IMG/VR virus record: IMGVR_UViG_2675903621_000013
Location: 1 to 11,855 of that record
Direction: 5' to 3' (one strand)
DNA from: a virus
Taxonomy: Duplodnaviria > Heunggongvirae > Uroviricota > Caudoviricetes
DNA: 11,855 bases
The notes below the pieces were generated by a model. That model saw only the letters and a program-made list of their open reading frames with translations. It ran no database searches and was not told the origin of the DNA. Made by a program: the position numbers and the translations under genes. The first letter of the stretch is position 1. Every line of letters starts with the position of its first letter. Of this stretch, positions 1 to 7,843 are shown piece by piece.

Positions 1-1615
1 CTTCATCCGCAGGCGTGGGATCGGCTTTCATACGGGCATAGAGAATTTCTTTTGCGGTGTCCGTTCCCACTTCACACAGATACACGCCCCGCTGATTGCG
101 GGTTTTTGGCATGGTGATCACCGGCTTGCCATAGACAGATACGCCTTTTACCGGCAGCACCCGGAAAACACCGTGTTTTTTTGATCTCTGATAAACAATT
201 TCACCATCGATCCCCCCGGTGTCCCAGCAGACACGGGAAATAGTCATTTCGGTGCCATCCGCATGGCGGTATTTTTTGTTGATCGCCGCATCCACACGTA
301 ACAGCGTCTCTTCCTCATCAGGACGCCCCATAATGATGATTTTATCCACCAGAAAGGCTTCCTCTCCCGGAGCCCATCCCCAGACATACATCTCAAAACG
401 GTTTCGCTGCGAGTCAATGCCCGCCGTCAGATAAACCACCCGGGCAGGCACCGCCGCCGTGTAACGCACCACCTTATCCATCAGTACCTGGTGATCGAGT
501 TTTTCGCCCACGGCCTCTTCCCAGGTCTCGCCCAGCGTGGTGTTCACAAAGGTTTTCAGGCCGTTGGGATCTTTCAGTGCATCCAGCCAGTCATAGACAA
601 TCTGTACCCAGGTGGTGAACGGACTGTACGCCGTCCAGATATGGAACGTGATGGAGCGCGGCGGCGGAATTTCATCACCCCGGGCGCTGAAAAACGTCAG
701 ACCGTCACGGGTCCACATGCCCGTGTTTTCACAGATCCACCGCCCGTTACTCTGGTCAAGCTCAGACTGATGGATCACACAGCCATGATGCTCACAAAGG
801 TAGAAAACACTTTCTGGCTTATTCTTCTCCCACTTAAGACCGAAAGGCGAGGCATCATCGCCAAATTTCAGATACTGCTCCTCCCCACAGTGCGGACAGG
901 GCACATAAAAACGCATGAAGTGTGCCGACTCGTTAGCGGCTTTTTCGATCTGGCAGGTGCCTTTGATTTTAGGCGTCGAGCCGCGAATGGATTTTGGCCA
1001 CACCGACCCCTCAATACGCTTATCCCCCAGCAGGGTTGGCGAGCCCTCTTTTTCGACATCCGGCTCGAACGAGGAAAGTTCGTCATAGCAGACCACGTCC
1101 ACGGATTTTTCACGGTAGTTTTTGGCGGCAGCGCCGCCCAGGCACCAGAAACCGACGCCCGATGAAAAGCGTTTCAGCGTGAGAGTATTGTCACGATGTT
1201 TACGACCCAGCCATGGGGAAAGGTCTTTCAGGCATGGCACGTTCCGAATCGTCGCCTCCACGTGAGACTTCATAAAATCTTCAGCGGCAGAATCCGTGGG
1301 CTGAAAAAGCAGACTGTTTCGGGATTTATGCTCAATAAAATACCCGACCACCCCCAGCAACATCTTTGTATAGCCAACACGGGCAGATTTAATCAGGTTA
1401 ACCGTGCGAACCTGGTCGTTACCCATACAGTTCATGATGGCGATCTGGAATGGCAGCGTTTTCCATTCTCCCTCACCATATGAAGATTCTTTAGGCAGAT
1501 AATAATTTTGATCAGCCCATTCAACTGCCGTCATTGGTACAACCCTGACCAGAGGCTGCAGCGCAACCGAAACGGCAGCCATCATATTATTCAGTTGTTG
1601 CTCTGATATATTCAT
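1..1615 (-). CDS. A: Terminase large subunit, lambda gpA-like; N-terminal ~538 aa present, C-terminus lies beyond the window start
   Basis: Minus-strand translation from ATG at 1613-1615 (MNISEQQLNNMMAAVSVALQPL...VEWADQNYYLPKES...KRFSSGVGFWCLGG...CPHCGEEQYLKFGD...FVNTTLGETWEE...) is open to position 1 and aligns along its length with lambda gpA as I remember it. Its start lies 26 nt upstream of the Nu1-like stop, as in lambda Nu1/A. It is absent from the ORF track because it runs off the window edge. Confidence 0.93.
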   Translation of the reverse strand, partial: MNISEQQLNNMMAAVSVALQPLVRVVPMTAVEWADQNYYLPKESSYGEGEWKTLPFQIAIMNCMGNDQVRTVNLIKSARVGYTKMLLGVVGYFIEHKSRNSLLFQPTDSAAEDFMKSHVEATIRNVPCLKDLSPWLGRKHRDNTLTLKRFSSGVGFWCLGGAAAKNYREKSVDVVCYDELSSFEPDVEKEGSPTLLGDKRIEGSVWPKSIRGSTPKIKGTCQIEKAANESAHFMRFYVPCPHCGEEQYLKFGDDASPFGLKWEKNKPESVFYLCEHHGCVIHQSELDQSNGRWICENTGMWTRDGLTFFSARGDEIPPPRSITFHIWTAYSPFTTWVQIVYDWLDALKDPNGLKTFVNTTLGETWEEAVGEKLDHQVLMDKVVRYTAAVPARVVYLTAGIDSQRNRFEMYVWGWAPGEEAFLVDKIIIMGRPDEEETLLRVDAAINKKYRHADGTEMTISRVCWDTGGIDGEIVYQRSKKHGVFRVLPVKGVSVYGKPVITMPKTRNQRGVYLCEVGTDTAKEILYARMKADPTPADE

Positions 1616-2096
1616 CGAGTAAATCCGGTAATTTATCCCCTGCCCGCGCACACTGATTTGCCCCCTTAGCAATAAGGGTTTTCAGATGGTCAAGATGGCG
1701 CGGTGTTAAATCAGGAAACTGTCGCTGCATGGATAAAGGGATGGAATCAAGCGTACTGGATAACGCCATTGCCAGCTTACTGAGGGCAAAAATACAGAAC
1801 CCGGTGTCAATAAGTTTTCCTTTTGACACCTCATTTTTTAGCTGCTGTGTAACAGCCTGTTCTGCTGTCAGTTCCCATCTGGCAATAAGCAATTTCTCCT
1901 CATAGTCGTCTTCGCTATCGCCATCAGGCACATCGTTTTTACTTCTCCTCAGATACGATATGTAAAAATCGCGCCAGGCATCCAGATCCAGTTGCCCTCG
2001 CTTATTCGATATCGGGGCACCCGGCAATTTCTGCAATCTGCGAAGCTGGCGATCGGTCAGACTTAAATGCCTGGCAACTTCAGTCTGCGTAGCCAC
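1587..2096 (-). CDS. Nu1: Terminase small subunit, Nu1-like
   Basis: 169-aa ORF whose C-terminal half (FCIFALSKLAMALSSTLDSIPLSMQRQFPDLTPRHLDHLK) resembles lambda Nu1 (FCTFVLSRIAGEIASILDGLPLSVQRRFPELENRHVDFLK, from memory). Sits immediately downstream of cos and overlaps the large-subunit start. Start codon reads GTG at 2094-2096, preceded by GAGGTGAGGA. Confidence 0.88.
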   Translation of the reverse strand: MATQTEVARHLSLTDRQLRRLQKLPGAPISNKRGQLDLDAWRDFYISYLRRSKNDVPDGDSEDDYEEKLLIARWELTAEQAVTQQLKNEVSKGKLIDTGFCIFALSKLAMALSSTLDSIPLSMQRQFPDLTPRHLDHLKTLIAKGANQCARAGDKLPDLLDEYIRATTE

Positions 2097-2136
2097 TCCT
2101 CACCTCGCAAAAACTCTCACCTCACAATCACAACAA

Positions 2137-2220
2137 AACCGGTCATGTCCGGTTCACAGAAGACCTGTTTTTATATTTTTCATATAGTTAACTTGCAGAG
2201 AAACCGGACATGGATCCCGG
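2137..2220. promoter_or_regulatory. cosB-like terminase-binding region: inverted 9-mers CATGTCCGG (2144-2152) and CCGGACATG (2204-2212) flanking an AT-rich spacer
   Basis: Seen directly: an 18-bp palindrome AACCGGTCATGTCCGGTT at 2137-2154 and the reverse-complement 9-mer at 2204-2212, about 50 bp apart, lying between cosN and the Nu1 start where lambda has its R elements and IHF site. Functional assignment is inference. Confidence 0.4.
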
Positions 2221-2249
2221 AAAATTTTCATAAATAGCGAAAACCCGCG

Positions 2250-2261
2250 AGGTCGCCGCCC
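2250..2261. other. cosN, lambda-type 12-nt cohesive-end site (GGGCGGCGACCT on the minus strand)
   Basis: The reverse complement of 2221-2262 reads GGGGCGGCGACCTCGCGGGTTTTCGCTATTTATGAAAATTTT, matching the lambda left end (GGGCGGCGACCTCGCGGGTTTTCGCTATTTATGAAAATTTTCCGG) as I remember it. The reverse complement of 2262-2280 (GGCGATCCGACAGGTTACG) matches my recollection of the lambda right end. Confidence 0.82.
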
Positions 2262-2460
2262 CGTAACCTGTCGGATCGCCGGAAAGGACCCGCAAAATGA
2301 TAATAATTATCATCTACATGTCACAACGTGCATCTACGCCATCAAACCACGTCAAATAATCAATTATGACGCAGGTATCGTATTAATTGATCTGCATCAA
2401 CTTAACGTAAAAACAACTTCAGACAATACAAATCAGCGACACTGAATACGGGGCAACCTC

Positions 2461-2694
2461 ATGTCAACGAAGAACAGAACCCGCAGAACAACAACCCGCA
2501 ACATCCGATTTCCAAACCAGATGATTGAACAAATTAACATCGCTCTTGTTCAAAAAGGGTCCGGGAATTTCTCAGCCTGGGTCATTGAAGCCTGCCGCCG
2601 GAGACTGTGCTCAGTAAAAAGAGTTTCGCCTGAAGCAAACAAAGAAAAGAGTGACATTACTGAATTGCTCAGAAAACAGGTCAGACCAGATTGA
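2461..2694 (+). CDS. Small ribbon-helix-helix-like protein (resembles the ylcI-type small proteins next to cos in E. coli lambdoid prophages)
   Basis: 77-aa ORF. The segment RNIRFPNQMIEQINIALVQKGSGNFSAWVIEACRRRL has the beta-strand then helix pattern typical of CopG/Arc/MetJ RHH proteins, with a basic N-terminal tail. Similarity to ylcI is from memory and unverified. Confidence 0.55.
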   Translation: MSTKNRTRRTTTRNIRFPNQMIEQINIALVQKGSGNFSAWVIEACRRRLCSVKRVSPEANKEKSDITELLRKQVRPD

Positions 2695-2751
2695 AGCAAT
2701 TTAGATAATCGTGCAGACTACGCCCCCTCATATCACATGGAAGGTACTACA

Positions 2752-3162
2752 ATGGCTCAGGTTGCCATTTTTAAACAAATATTCGATAAAGTGCGAAATA
2801 ATTTAAACTATCACTGGTTTTATTCTGAACTAAAACGTCACAATGTCTCACATTACATTTACTATTTAGCCACAGAGAATATTCATCTTGTTCTTGAAAA
2901 CGATAATACGGTTTTAATAAAAGGACAGGGTAAGGTTGTAAATGTAAGATTTTCAAAAAATAAATGCCTTATAGAAGCCACCTTAAAAGGATTCAAATCA
3001 GGAGAGTTATCATTTTACGAATACAGGAAAAATCTTGCTACAGCAGGGGTTTTCAGATGGATTACAAATATCCACGAAAACAAAAGGTATTACTATACCT
3101 TTGATAATTCATTACTCTTTACTGAGAACATTCAGAACACTACACAAATATTTCCGCACTAA
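2752..3162 (+). CDS. DUF1398-like hypothetical protein (ybcV-like moron), AT-rich
   Basis: ORF track gives 2737..3162; the ATG at 2752 (MAQVAIFKQ...) has a GGAAGG Shine-Dalgarno 8 nt upstream whereas 2737 has none, giving 136 aa. The gene is visibly AT-rich relative to flanking phage genes and is transcribed opposite to the late operon. Family assignment is from memory. Confidence 0.65.
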   Translation: MAQVAIFKQIFDKVRNNLNYHWFYSELKRHNVSHYIYYLATENIHLVLENDNTVLIKGQGKVVNVRFSKNKCLIEATLKGFKSGELSFYEYRKNLATAGVFRWITNIHENKRYYYTFDNSLLFTENIQNTTQIFPH

Positions 3163-3469
3163 ATCATAACGTCCGGTTTCTTCCGTGCCAGAACCGGACT
3201 CGCTGGCATGATGAAATATGTGTACCCGGTAACCCCGGTGTGCATCGTTTTTGATTATTCCCCCACACTTGTGCAGAAGGAGTTCCCCGTCAGGCTACAG
3301 TCATAATTAATGCAAGAGTACAGCGACGATACAGCGCACAGAAATAAATCAGGTATCCATTGACTTCACAAAGACGGTGCATAGCATCGACTGGAGTAAT
3401 TGCGTAAATTGAACTCTTGGCACACTTTAGCCACCGGCGAATCTTCAGCGGATTATCCTTGGCCGGTTT

Positions 3470-3934
3470 TTATCTGAGGCATTGCTCTCGAATGTATAGC
3501 TGTGCCCCTTCAAGTTGTTTTTGCATTATTATCAGTCGCGCTCTGAGGGTGAAATAATCCCGTTCAGCGGTGTCTGCCAGTCGGGGAGAGGCTGCATTAT
3601 CCACGCCGGAGGCGGTGGTGGCTTCACGCACTGACTGACAGACTGCTTTGATGTGCAACCGACGACGACCAGCGGCAACATCATCACGCAGAGCATCATT
3701 TTCAGCTTTCGCATCAGCTAACTCCTTCGTGTATTTTGCATCGAGCGCAGCAACATCACGCTGACGCATCTGCATGTCAGTAATTGCCACGTTCGCCAGC
3801 TTCAGTTCTCTGGCATTTTTGTCGCGCTGGGCTTTGTAGGTAATGGCGTTATCACGGTAATGATTCAGCCCCAGACTAAGCGCACCACAGGCCACCAGCA
3901 GGGCAATGATGACCACGCACAGTACGCGGTTCAT
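3470..3934 (-). CDS. Rz: Rz i-spanin (inner-membrane spanin), lambda-type
   Basis: 154-aa product ...[111 protein letters not shown]... is near-identical to lambda Rz as I remember it. Confidence 0.95.
   Translation of the reverse strand: MNRVLCVVIIALLVACGALSLGLNHYRDNAITYKAQRDKNARELKLANVAITDMQMRQRDVAALDAKYTKELADAKAENDALRDDVAAGRRRLHIKAVCQSVREATTASGVDNAASPRLADTAERDYFTLRARLIIMQKQLEGAQLYIREQCLR
3532..3714 (-). CDS. Rz1: Rz1 o-spanin (outer-membrane lipoprotein), embedded in Rz in the +1 frame
   Basis: 60-aa product [60 protein letters not shown] has a lipobox (VVGC), a proline run, and near-identity to lambda Rz1; it is nested entirely within Rz. Confidence 0.9.
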   Translation of the reverse strand: MRKLKMMLCVMMLPLVVVGCTSKQSVSQCVKPPPPPAWIMQPLPDWQTPLNGIISPSERD

Positions 3935-3935
3935 T

Positions 3936-4034
3936 TCACCACCAGCGTATCTGACCGATGAAATAACCGGAGGCCATAATCACAAACACCAGCCAGATAA
4001 GAATGAACTTCCAGGTGGATAATTTTTCAGCCAT
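3936..4034 (-). CDS. Candidate 32-aa single-pass membrane peptide, translationally coupled to Rz
   Basis: My own translation of the minus strand: ATG GCT GAA AAA ... TGG TGG TGA gives [38 protein letters not shown] Shine-Dalgarno lies 8-9 nt upstream, and the TGA stop sits 1 nt before the Rz ATG. Not in the ORF track (below its length cutoff). Confidence 0.35.
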   Translation of the reverse strand: MAEKLSTWKFILIWLVFVIMASGYFIGQIRWW

Positions 4035-4109
4035 CACTCGAATCTCCCGAATCAGTTTGCTAAAATCAAACACACTTTCTCCTTTGACTTTTCCGGAGTC
4101 AGGAAACAC

Positions 4110-4143
4110 AAAACCCCGCTTGGTGCCAACAAACGGGGTTTTT
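4110..4143. terminator. Bidirectional intrinsic-terminator-like hairpin between endolysin and Rz
   Basis: AAAACCCCG (4110-4118) pairs with CGGGGTTTT (4134-4142) around a 15-nt loop. It is followed by TTTTTACTTTTATT on the plus strand and by TTTTGTGTTT on the minus strand. Confidence 0.5.
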
Positions 4144-4232
4144 ACTTTTATTCACTTACGTTTCGCCAGTTCGCAGGATTTCATGTTATCCGCCCGCGTG
4201 GCCATGCTTTATTTTTCAGCAAAATATTCTGC

Positions 4233-4766
4233 TTATCTGTCGATACCCCAGCACGCCAGCGCGCTCTCCTGGTCACGACGGGATACCTGACCGTAGCAGT
4301 TGTTTGAACGAATACGGCAGTCTCTGCCACCGTCCTTAATCCACCAGCGAATCGCCTCACACGCTCCCCTGCGATCACCTGCATTAATTCGTTTATAAAA
4401 CGTCGACGGGAAACACTTACCGGGACCAATGTTGTACGGACAGAATGACGCGATCCCCGCTTTCTGGGGTTCGCTCAATGGCACTTTGATGTTTTTCTCC
4501 ACCCACGCCAGCGCTTTATCACGCTCAATGGCGTTAACCTGGTCGCATTTTTCCTTCGACAACTTCATGCCCGGAACGACAGGTTTGCCATCCACCATGA
4601 TGGCACCACGGCAGATGGTCCAGATACCTGCACCATCACGGTATGCCGTGGTGTGATTGCCTTCCTTTTCATCCAGAAACTGGTCGAGAATGTCAGGCGC
4701 AGACGCACCAGCGGCAATCAGCGCCAGAACGGCAGCCGACAGGCCGTATTTGATTTTGGTGTTCAT
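4233..4766 (-). CDS. R: SAR endolysin (T4-lysozyme-family muramidase with N-terminal signal-anchor-release domain), phage 21 R / Qin rrrQ type
   Basis: 177-aa product with an Ala/Gly-rich weakly hydrophobic N-terminus (YGLSAAVLALIAAGASA) and an E-x8-D-x6-T catalytic spacing (EGNHTTAYRDGAGIWT), close to the phage 21 R E-8-D-5-T triad. No Shine-Dalgarno upstream; the start is 36 nt after the preceding ORF. Confidence 0.93.
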   Translation of the reverse strand: MNTKIKYGLSAAVLALIAAGASAPDILDQFLDEKEGNHTTAYRDGAGIWTICRGAIMVDGKPVVPGMKLSKEKCDQVNAIERDKALAWVEKNIKVPLSEPQKAGIASFCPYNIGPGKCFPSTFYKRINAGDRRGACEAIRWWIKDGGRDCRIRSNNCYGQVSRRDQESALACWGIDR

Positions 4767-4802
4767 GGATATATTAAATATTCAGCCGCTGTCCCTGGCC
4801 CA

Positions 4803-5360
4803 CTAAATACGCACTTTAAGATAAGTCAGCCCCGGATGAAGCCAGTAAGCCGGCACTTTTTTAAAGGGCGGATTATCAAAATCACGAAGAAGAGCCTCCC
4901 GCACAACTGCATCCTTGTCCGCACCACTGGCCAGCGCTTCAATCTCAGCAGCTATCTGCAGATATCCCATGCAACGGCCAACGCGCTTCATCAGCCCCTG
5001 CTTTTTATTGTTCTTCAGGTAATCAATGGCAAATTCAATGAGCTCCTCACTGTGCTGGTGCGATGGAGGTGTTACTTTCCCATTTTCTGAGATGGTTATT
5101 TTCCCGGCATCACCGGATACAACAAAGGATGGCCGGTTACACTCCCATTCCAGCTCACTGAAATTATCATTATGAATACTGAAACACTCTGCGAGATTTT
5201 TGCTCATCACTTTCCGACAATAATCGTCAAACGCAGCAAACTGCTCATCGCGGCGTTTTTTTTCATCTTCAGAAGGCATCAGCGTCGACAGTTTTTTATT
5301 CAGTTCAGCAATTTCATTTTCCAGGCGACTGAAGCGCTGATTCATTTCTTCATGGTTCAT
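4803..5360 (-). CDS. Hypothetical 185-aa protein inserted between holin and endolysin (same position as ydfR in the Qin prophage)
   Basis: GGGGAGAG Shine-Dalgarno upstream of the ATG at 5358-5360, tightly packed against the holin stop. The N-terminus is coiled-coil-like (EEMNQRFSRLENEIAELNKKLSTLMPSEDEKKRRDEQ). No family recognised by eye. Confidence 0.75.
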   Translation of the reverse strand: MNHEEMNQRFSRLENEIAELNKKLSTLMPSEDEKKRRDEQFAAFDDYCRKVMSKNLAECFSIHNDNFSELEWECNRPSFVVSGDAGKITISENGKVTPPSHQHSEELIEFAIDYLKNNKKQGLMKRVGRCMGYLQIAAEIEALASGADKDAVVREALLRDFDNPPFKKVPAYWLHPGLTYLKVRI

Positions 5361-5363
5361 TAT

Positions 5364-5579
5364 TCACTCTCCCCGGGCGGCCTTACGCCGGTCCTCTCTG
5401 ATTTTGAAATACAGGTTAGTCAGATATGTCAGCAGCCCAAACAGCAGACTTCCCAGCACGCCTATTGCCGCCCACTGAGACGGGGAAACCCTGTCCAGCA
5501 ACTGCAGGAACCAGTAGCCCGTTCCCACCGCTGACGTGGTGTATGACACACCTGTTGTGATTTTTTCCATCTGGTACAT
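5364..5579 (-). CDS. S: Pinholin, phage 21 S21-type, with dual-start motif (antiholin from M1, holin from M4)
   Basis: [71 protein letters not shown] (71 aa) resembles S21 as I remember it. GGGAG Shine-Dalgarno upstream of the ATG at 5577-5579. The ORF-track start at 5657 is an upstream in-frame extension without an RBS. Confidence 0.9.
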   Translation of the reverse strand: MYQMEKITTGVSYTTSAVGTGYWFLQLLDRVSPSQWAAIGVLGSLLFGLLTYLTNLYFKIREDRRKAARGE

Positions 5580-5610
5580 ACCCCGTCTCCCGTTATCCGG
5601 AAGCTGACAA

Positions 5611-5644
5611 CAATAAAAAAAGCCACCAGTTAAGTACTGATGGC
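5611..5644 (-). terminator. Intrinsic-terminator-like hairpin (minus strand) between nanS-p and the lysis cassette
   Basis: On the minus strand, GCCATCAG..CTGGTGGC (8-bp stem with one mismatch) is followed by TTTTTTTATTG. Confidence 0.45.
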
Positions 5645-5729
5645 TCTGATAACTCATGCAGGCATCTCAGACGACCCACTGACACTACCGGTGAGTTTAA
5701 CGATACCTTCCATTTGACTGGCTCACTTT

Positions 5730-7583
5730 TTATGATGATGCCGGTGCATTTATCTCCAGCACCAGACTTTCTATCTCAACGCCATACGCTGCATTTTTGG
5801 TAATATCCGTCAGCGTCAGCGCATTCAGCCCCAGTGTCAGACTGTCTTTTATGACCTGGAATGCCGGGCCAGCCACTCCATTCAGTTTCGGAGTAACCGT
5901 GGCACTGCCGGCGGTGAACACCAGCTCCAGCGTCTGCCAGTCGTTACTGTAATTCCCGAACTCGCCCAACTTTGTGTTTCCTGCTTTCTTGTGATGCATC
6001 AGATTCAGTTTGCCGTCTGTGGTCTGGGTGAAGAACGACATCAGGAACGGGTTACCGGTACCCGTCATCGCCACGACGTCAGGTAACGCTACATCGGTAT
6101 ACAGATAAATTCCCAGACCGAACTGATTGTTGGTCAGTGCGCCTGACAGTCGAAACTTACAGCTCAGTCTGCCACCCCGTGTCAGCAGGGAGACTGCGTC
6201 ATCCACCGGGCGCGTCAGGGACCAGGTTTTATTGCTCTGCTTGGCGATCTTAAATACACCACCCGACAACTGAATTCCGCCGTCCTTAATGGTCCAGCCC
6301 TGCGCAGCAGCCTCTCCGGCTGTCGGCAGCAGGGAGATTGTGCGAACGGACGTATCTGCAGACGGACCCGATGGCGTGTCGCCGCCGGGCGAGGGTTTGA
6401 TTTCCGGCGCCTTACCACTGATGAAGGCTGAGGTGCGCCCGGCTGCGTTCAGAATAGCGGTTGCCATACGATCGGGAATAATGCCACGACGCGCCCATGA
6501 GCTGAAATGCGTCGGGCGATTTGATGATACCCAGTTTTTGTTCGTTCGGGATGCCGAACCGTAATAACCAGACCCGACAATATCAGGATCTTCTGACGGG
6601 TTGTTTGTCGGTGTATTAACTCCGCTACCATCGGTCATAAAGGGAACAAAATAAATCTGCTGGGATTCTTTACCTTTATATGCACCATATACCACTTCAT
6701 ATTGCGTACCGTGTTCTTGTTTCCACGCGTATGTCGTGTCGCCACAAATCCAGGGGACTGATGCCGGACTTCCACCGTGACACTGCGCCGCCAGCCCGGC
6801 AAGGTCAGCACGGAACTGCTGTACCATTGCAAGAAATGCTGCTGGCTGCTGGGCGTAACTGGCATTCGTCATATCGAATTCCCCCTGCATCCAGCATATC
6901 GCCAGCAAAACGTTTTTCGGGTTTTTCTGCAATGCTGCCTTCGTGCGGAAAAGCAGATCCTGATATAACGGCTTACCCACTCCCCAGCGAGCCGAATCCT
7001 GACTGGCCCCCGTGGACTCGCTGAATGTCCCCTCCGTGCCCTGGGTGAATGCCGAACCACCACGACAGCATGGTACCAGCAGGATCCCCGCATTATTAGG
7101 GATATACGGAAGCAGTTTTTTGGCAATATGTAAGCCCTGTCCGACACAGCCGTACTGCCCTTTGCTCAGGTCAGCCCGGGGATGGTTAATCGTACTCATA
7201 TCCTGAACATCATGCAGACAATGGTCAGCAGGAATGATGTCGTTAAATACGCATACTTCACCACCGGGAGTCACTGTGTTACGACGGGCCAGTTGCTTAA
7301 TGCGCGGATGGGGCGCATCGTATGAATCCGGAAGCGGAAGCCCTTCACCGTAAGCCATGGCATTGGACTGCCCGGCCAGTACGATGACGTAGTACCACTC
7401 CGGCTCAGTTGCACCACTGACGACCACATCACCTTCTGCTGCAATCGCCTGCATCAGGGTATAAGGGGTTATGGCCACCGGACTACCAAACGGCTGCCAG
7501 CCCTCTTTCAGTTTATGTGTCAGCTTTTCCGCAAGATCTGACGGCGACGCCGCCCTGACAACATCATAGTGTTTAAATGCCAT
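5730..7583 (-). CDS. nanS-p: NanS-p-type prophage sialate O-acetylesterase (DUF1737 N-terminal domain, SASA/SGNH esterase domain, C-terminal domain)
   Basis: Long ORF with the GQSN esterase motif (VLAGQSNAMAYGEG), sitting between the tRNA/toxin slot and the holin as in Stx phages. The ATG at 7581-7583 (MAFKHYDV...) has a GGTGGA Shine-Dalgarno; the ORF-track start at 7598 (MVERTM...) has none. Confidence 0.88.
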   Translation of the reverse strand: MAFKHYDVVRAASPSDLAEKLTHKLKEGWQPFGSPVAITPYTLMQAIAAEGDVVVSGATEPEWYYVIVLAGQSNAMAYGEGLPLPDSYDAPHPRIKQLARRNTVTPGGEVCVFNDIIPADHCLHDVQDMSTINHPRADLSKGQYGCVGQGLHIAKKLLPYIPNNAGILLVPCCRGGSAFTQGTEGTFSESTGASQDSARWGVGKPLYQDLLFRTKAALQKNPKNVLLAICWMQGEFDMTNASYAQQPAAFLAMVQQFRADLAGLAAQCHGGSPASVPWICGDTTYAWKQEHGTQYEVVYGAYKGKESQQIYFVPFMTDGSGVNTPTNNPSEDPDIVGSGYYGSASRTNKNWVSSNRPTHFSSWARRGIIPDRMATAILNAAGRTSAFISGKAPEIKPSPGGDTPSGPSADTSVRTISLLPTAGEAAAQGWTIKDGGIQLSGGVFKIAKQSNKTWSLTRPVDDAVSLLTRGGRLSCKFRLSGALTNNQFGLGIYLYTDVALPDVVAMTGTGNPFLMSFFTQTTDGKLNLMHHKKAGNTKLGEFGNYSNDWQTLELVFTAGSATVTPKLNGVAGPAFQVIKDSLTLGLNALTLTDITKNAAYGVEIESLVLEINAPASS

Positions 7584-7843
7584 GGTTCTTTCCACCATCT
7601 GAAAAATGATTCTTTAAAATACCTGACATGTAATACAGAAAAAACACAAAACCATACCTTAAATAAAAACCTCATCATCAAGCAGATATGCATGGATAAA
7701 CTACAAGACGAGATATAAACCACCCTGCATTTAAATAAACAATAAACAACATCAGAAAAATAATTCTGCTCTATGGTTTACAATCAAAAATATCATTTAT
7801 ACTTTTCAGAACATCACCAGCAAGGCATAAACAAGGAAACTAA

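Noticed and set aside
219-1483. Plus-strand and short minus-strand ORFs from the track (219..434, 491..1165, 868..1113, 994..1182, 1196..1483)
   Set aside because: They lie inside the minus-strand terminase large-subunit gene, whose translation matches lambda gpA throughout; these are alternative-frame or antisense artefacts.
3163-3469. bor lipoprotein gene in the lambda-equivalent position
   Set aside because: No frame encodes a Bor-like lipoprotein (signal peptide with lipobox, about 97 aa); the slot is instead occupied by the RHH-like/DUF1398-like pair further toward cos.
4003-5090. Track ORFs 4003..4290 (+), 4181..4429 (-), 4429..4656 (+), 4653..5090 (+)
   Set aside because: They are antisense to, or out of frame with, the endolysin and the 185-aa gene. 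4003..4290 runs through the terminator hairpin and the small Rz-coupled ORF on the other strand.
5580-5657. Upstream in-frame extension of the holin ORF (track start 5657, 97 aa)
   Set aside because: The S21-like dual-start motif MYQMEKI with a GGGAG RBS begins at 5579; the extension has no RBS and no counterpart in pinholins.
5730-7598. ORFs nested in or antisense to nanS-p (6215..6418, 6289..6564, 6449..6631, 6635..6865, 6680..7024, 6777..6968, 6869..7147, 7012..7206) and the 7598 start
   Set aside because: They overlap the long esterase ORF in other frames. The 7598 ATG lacks an RBS whereas the 7583 ATG has one.
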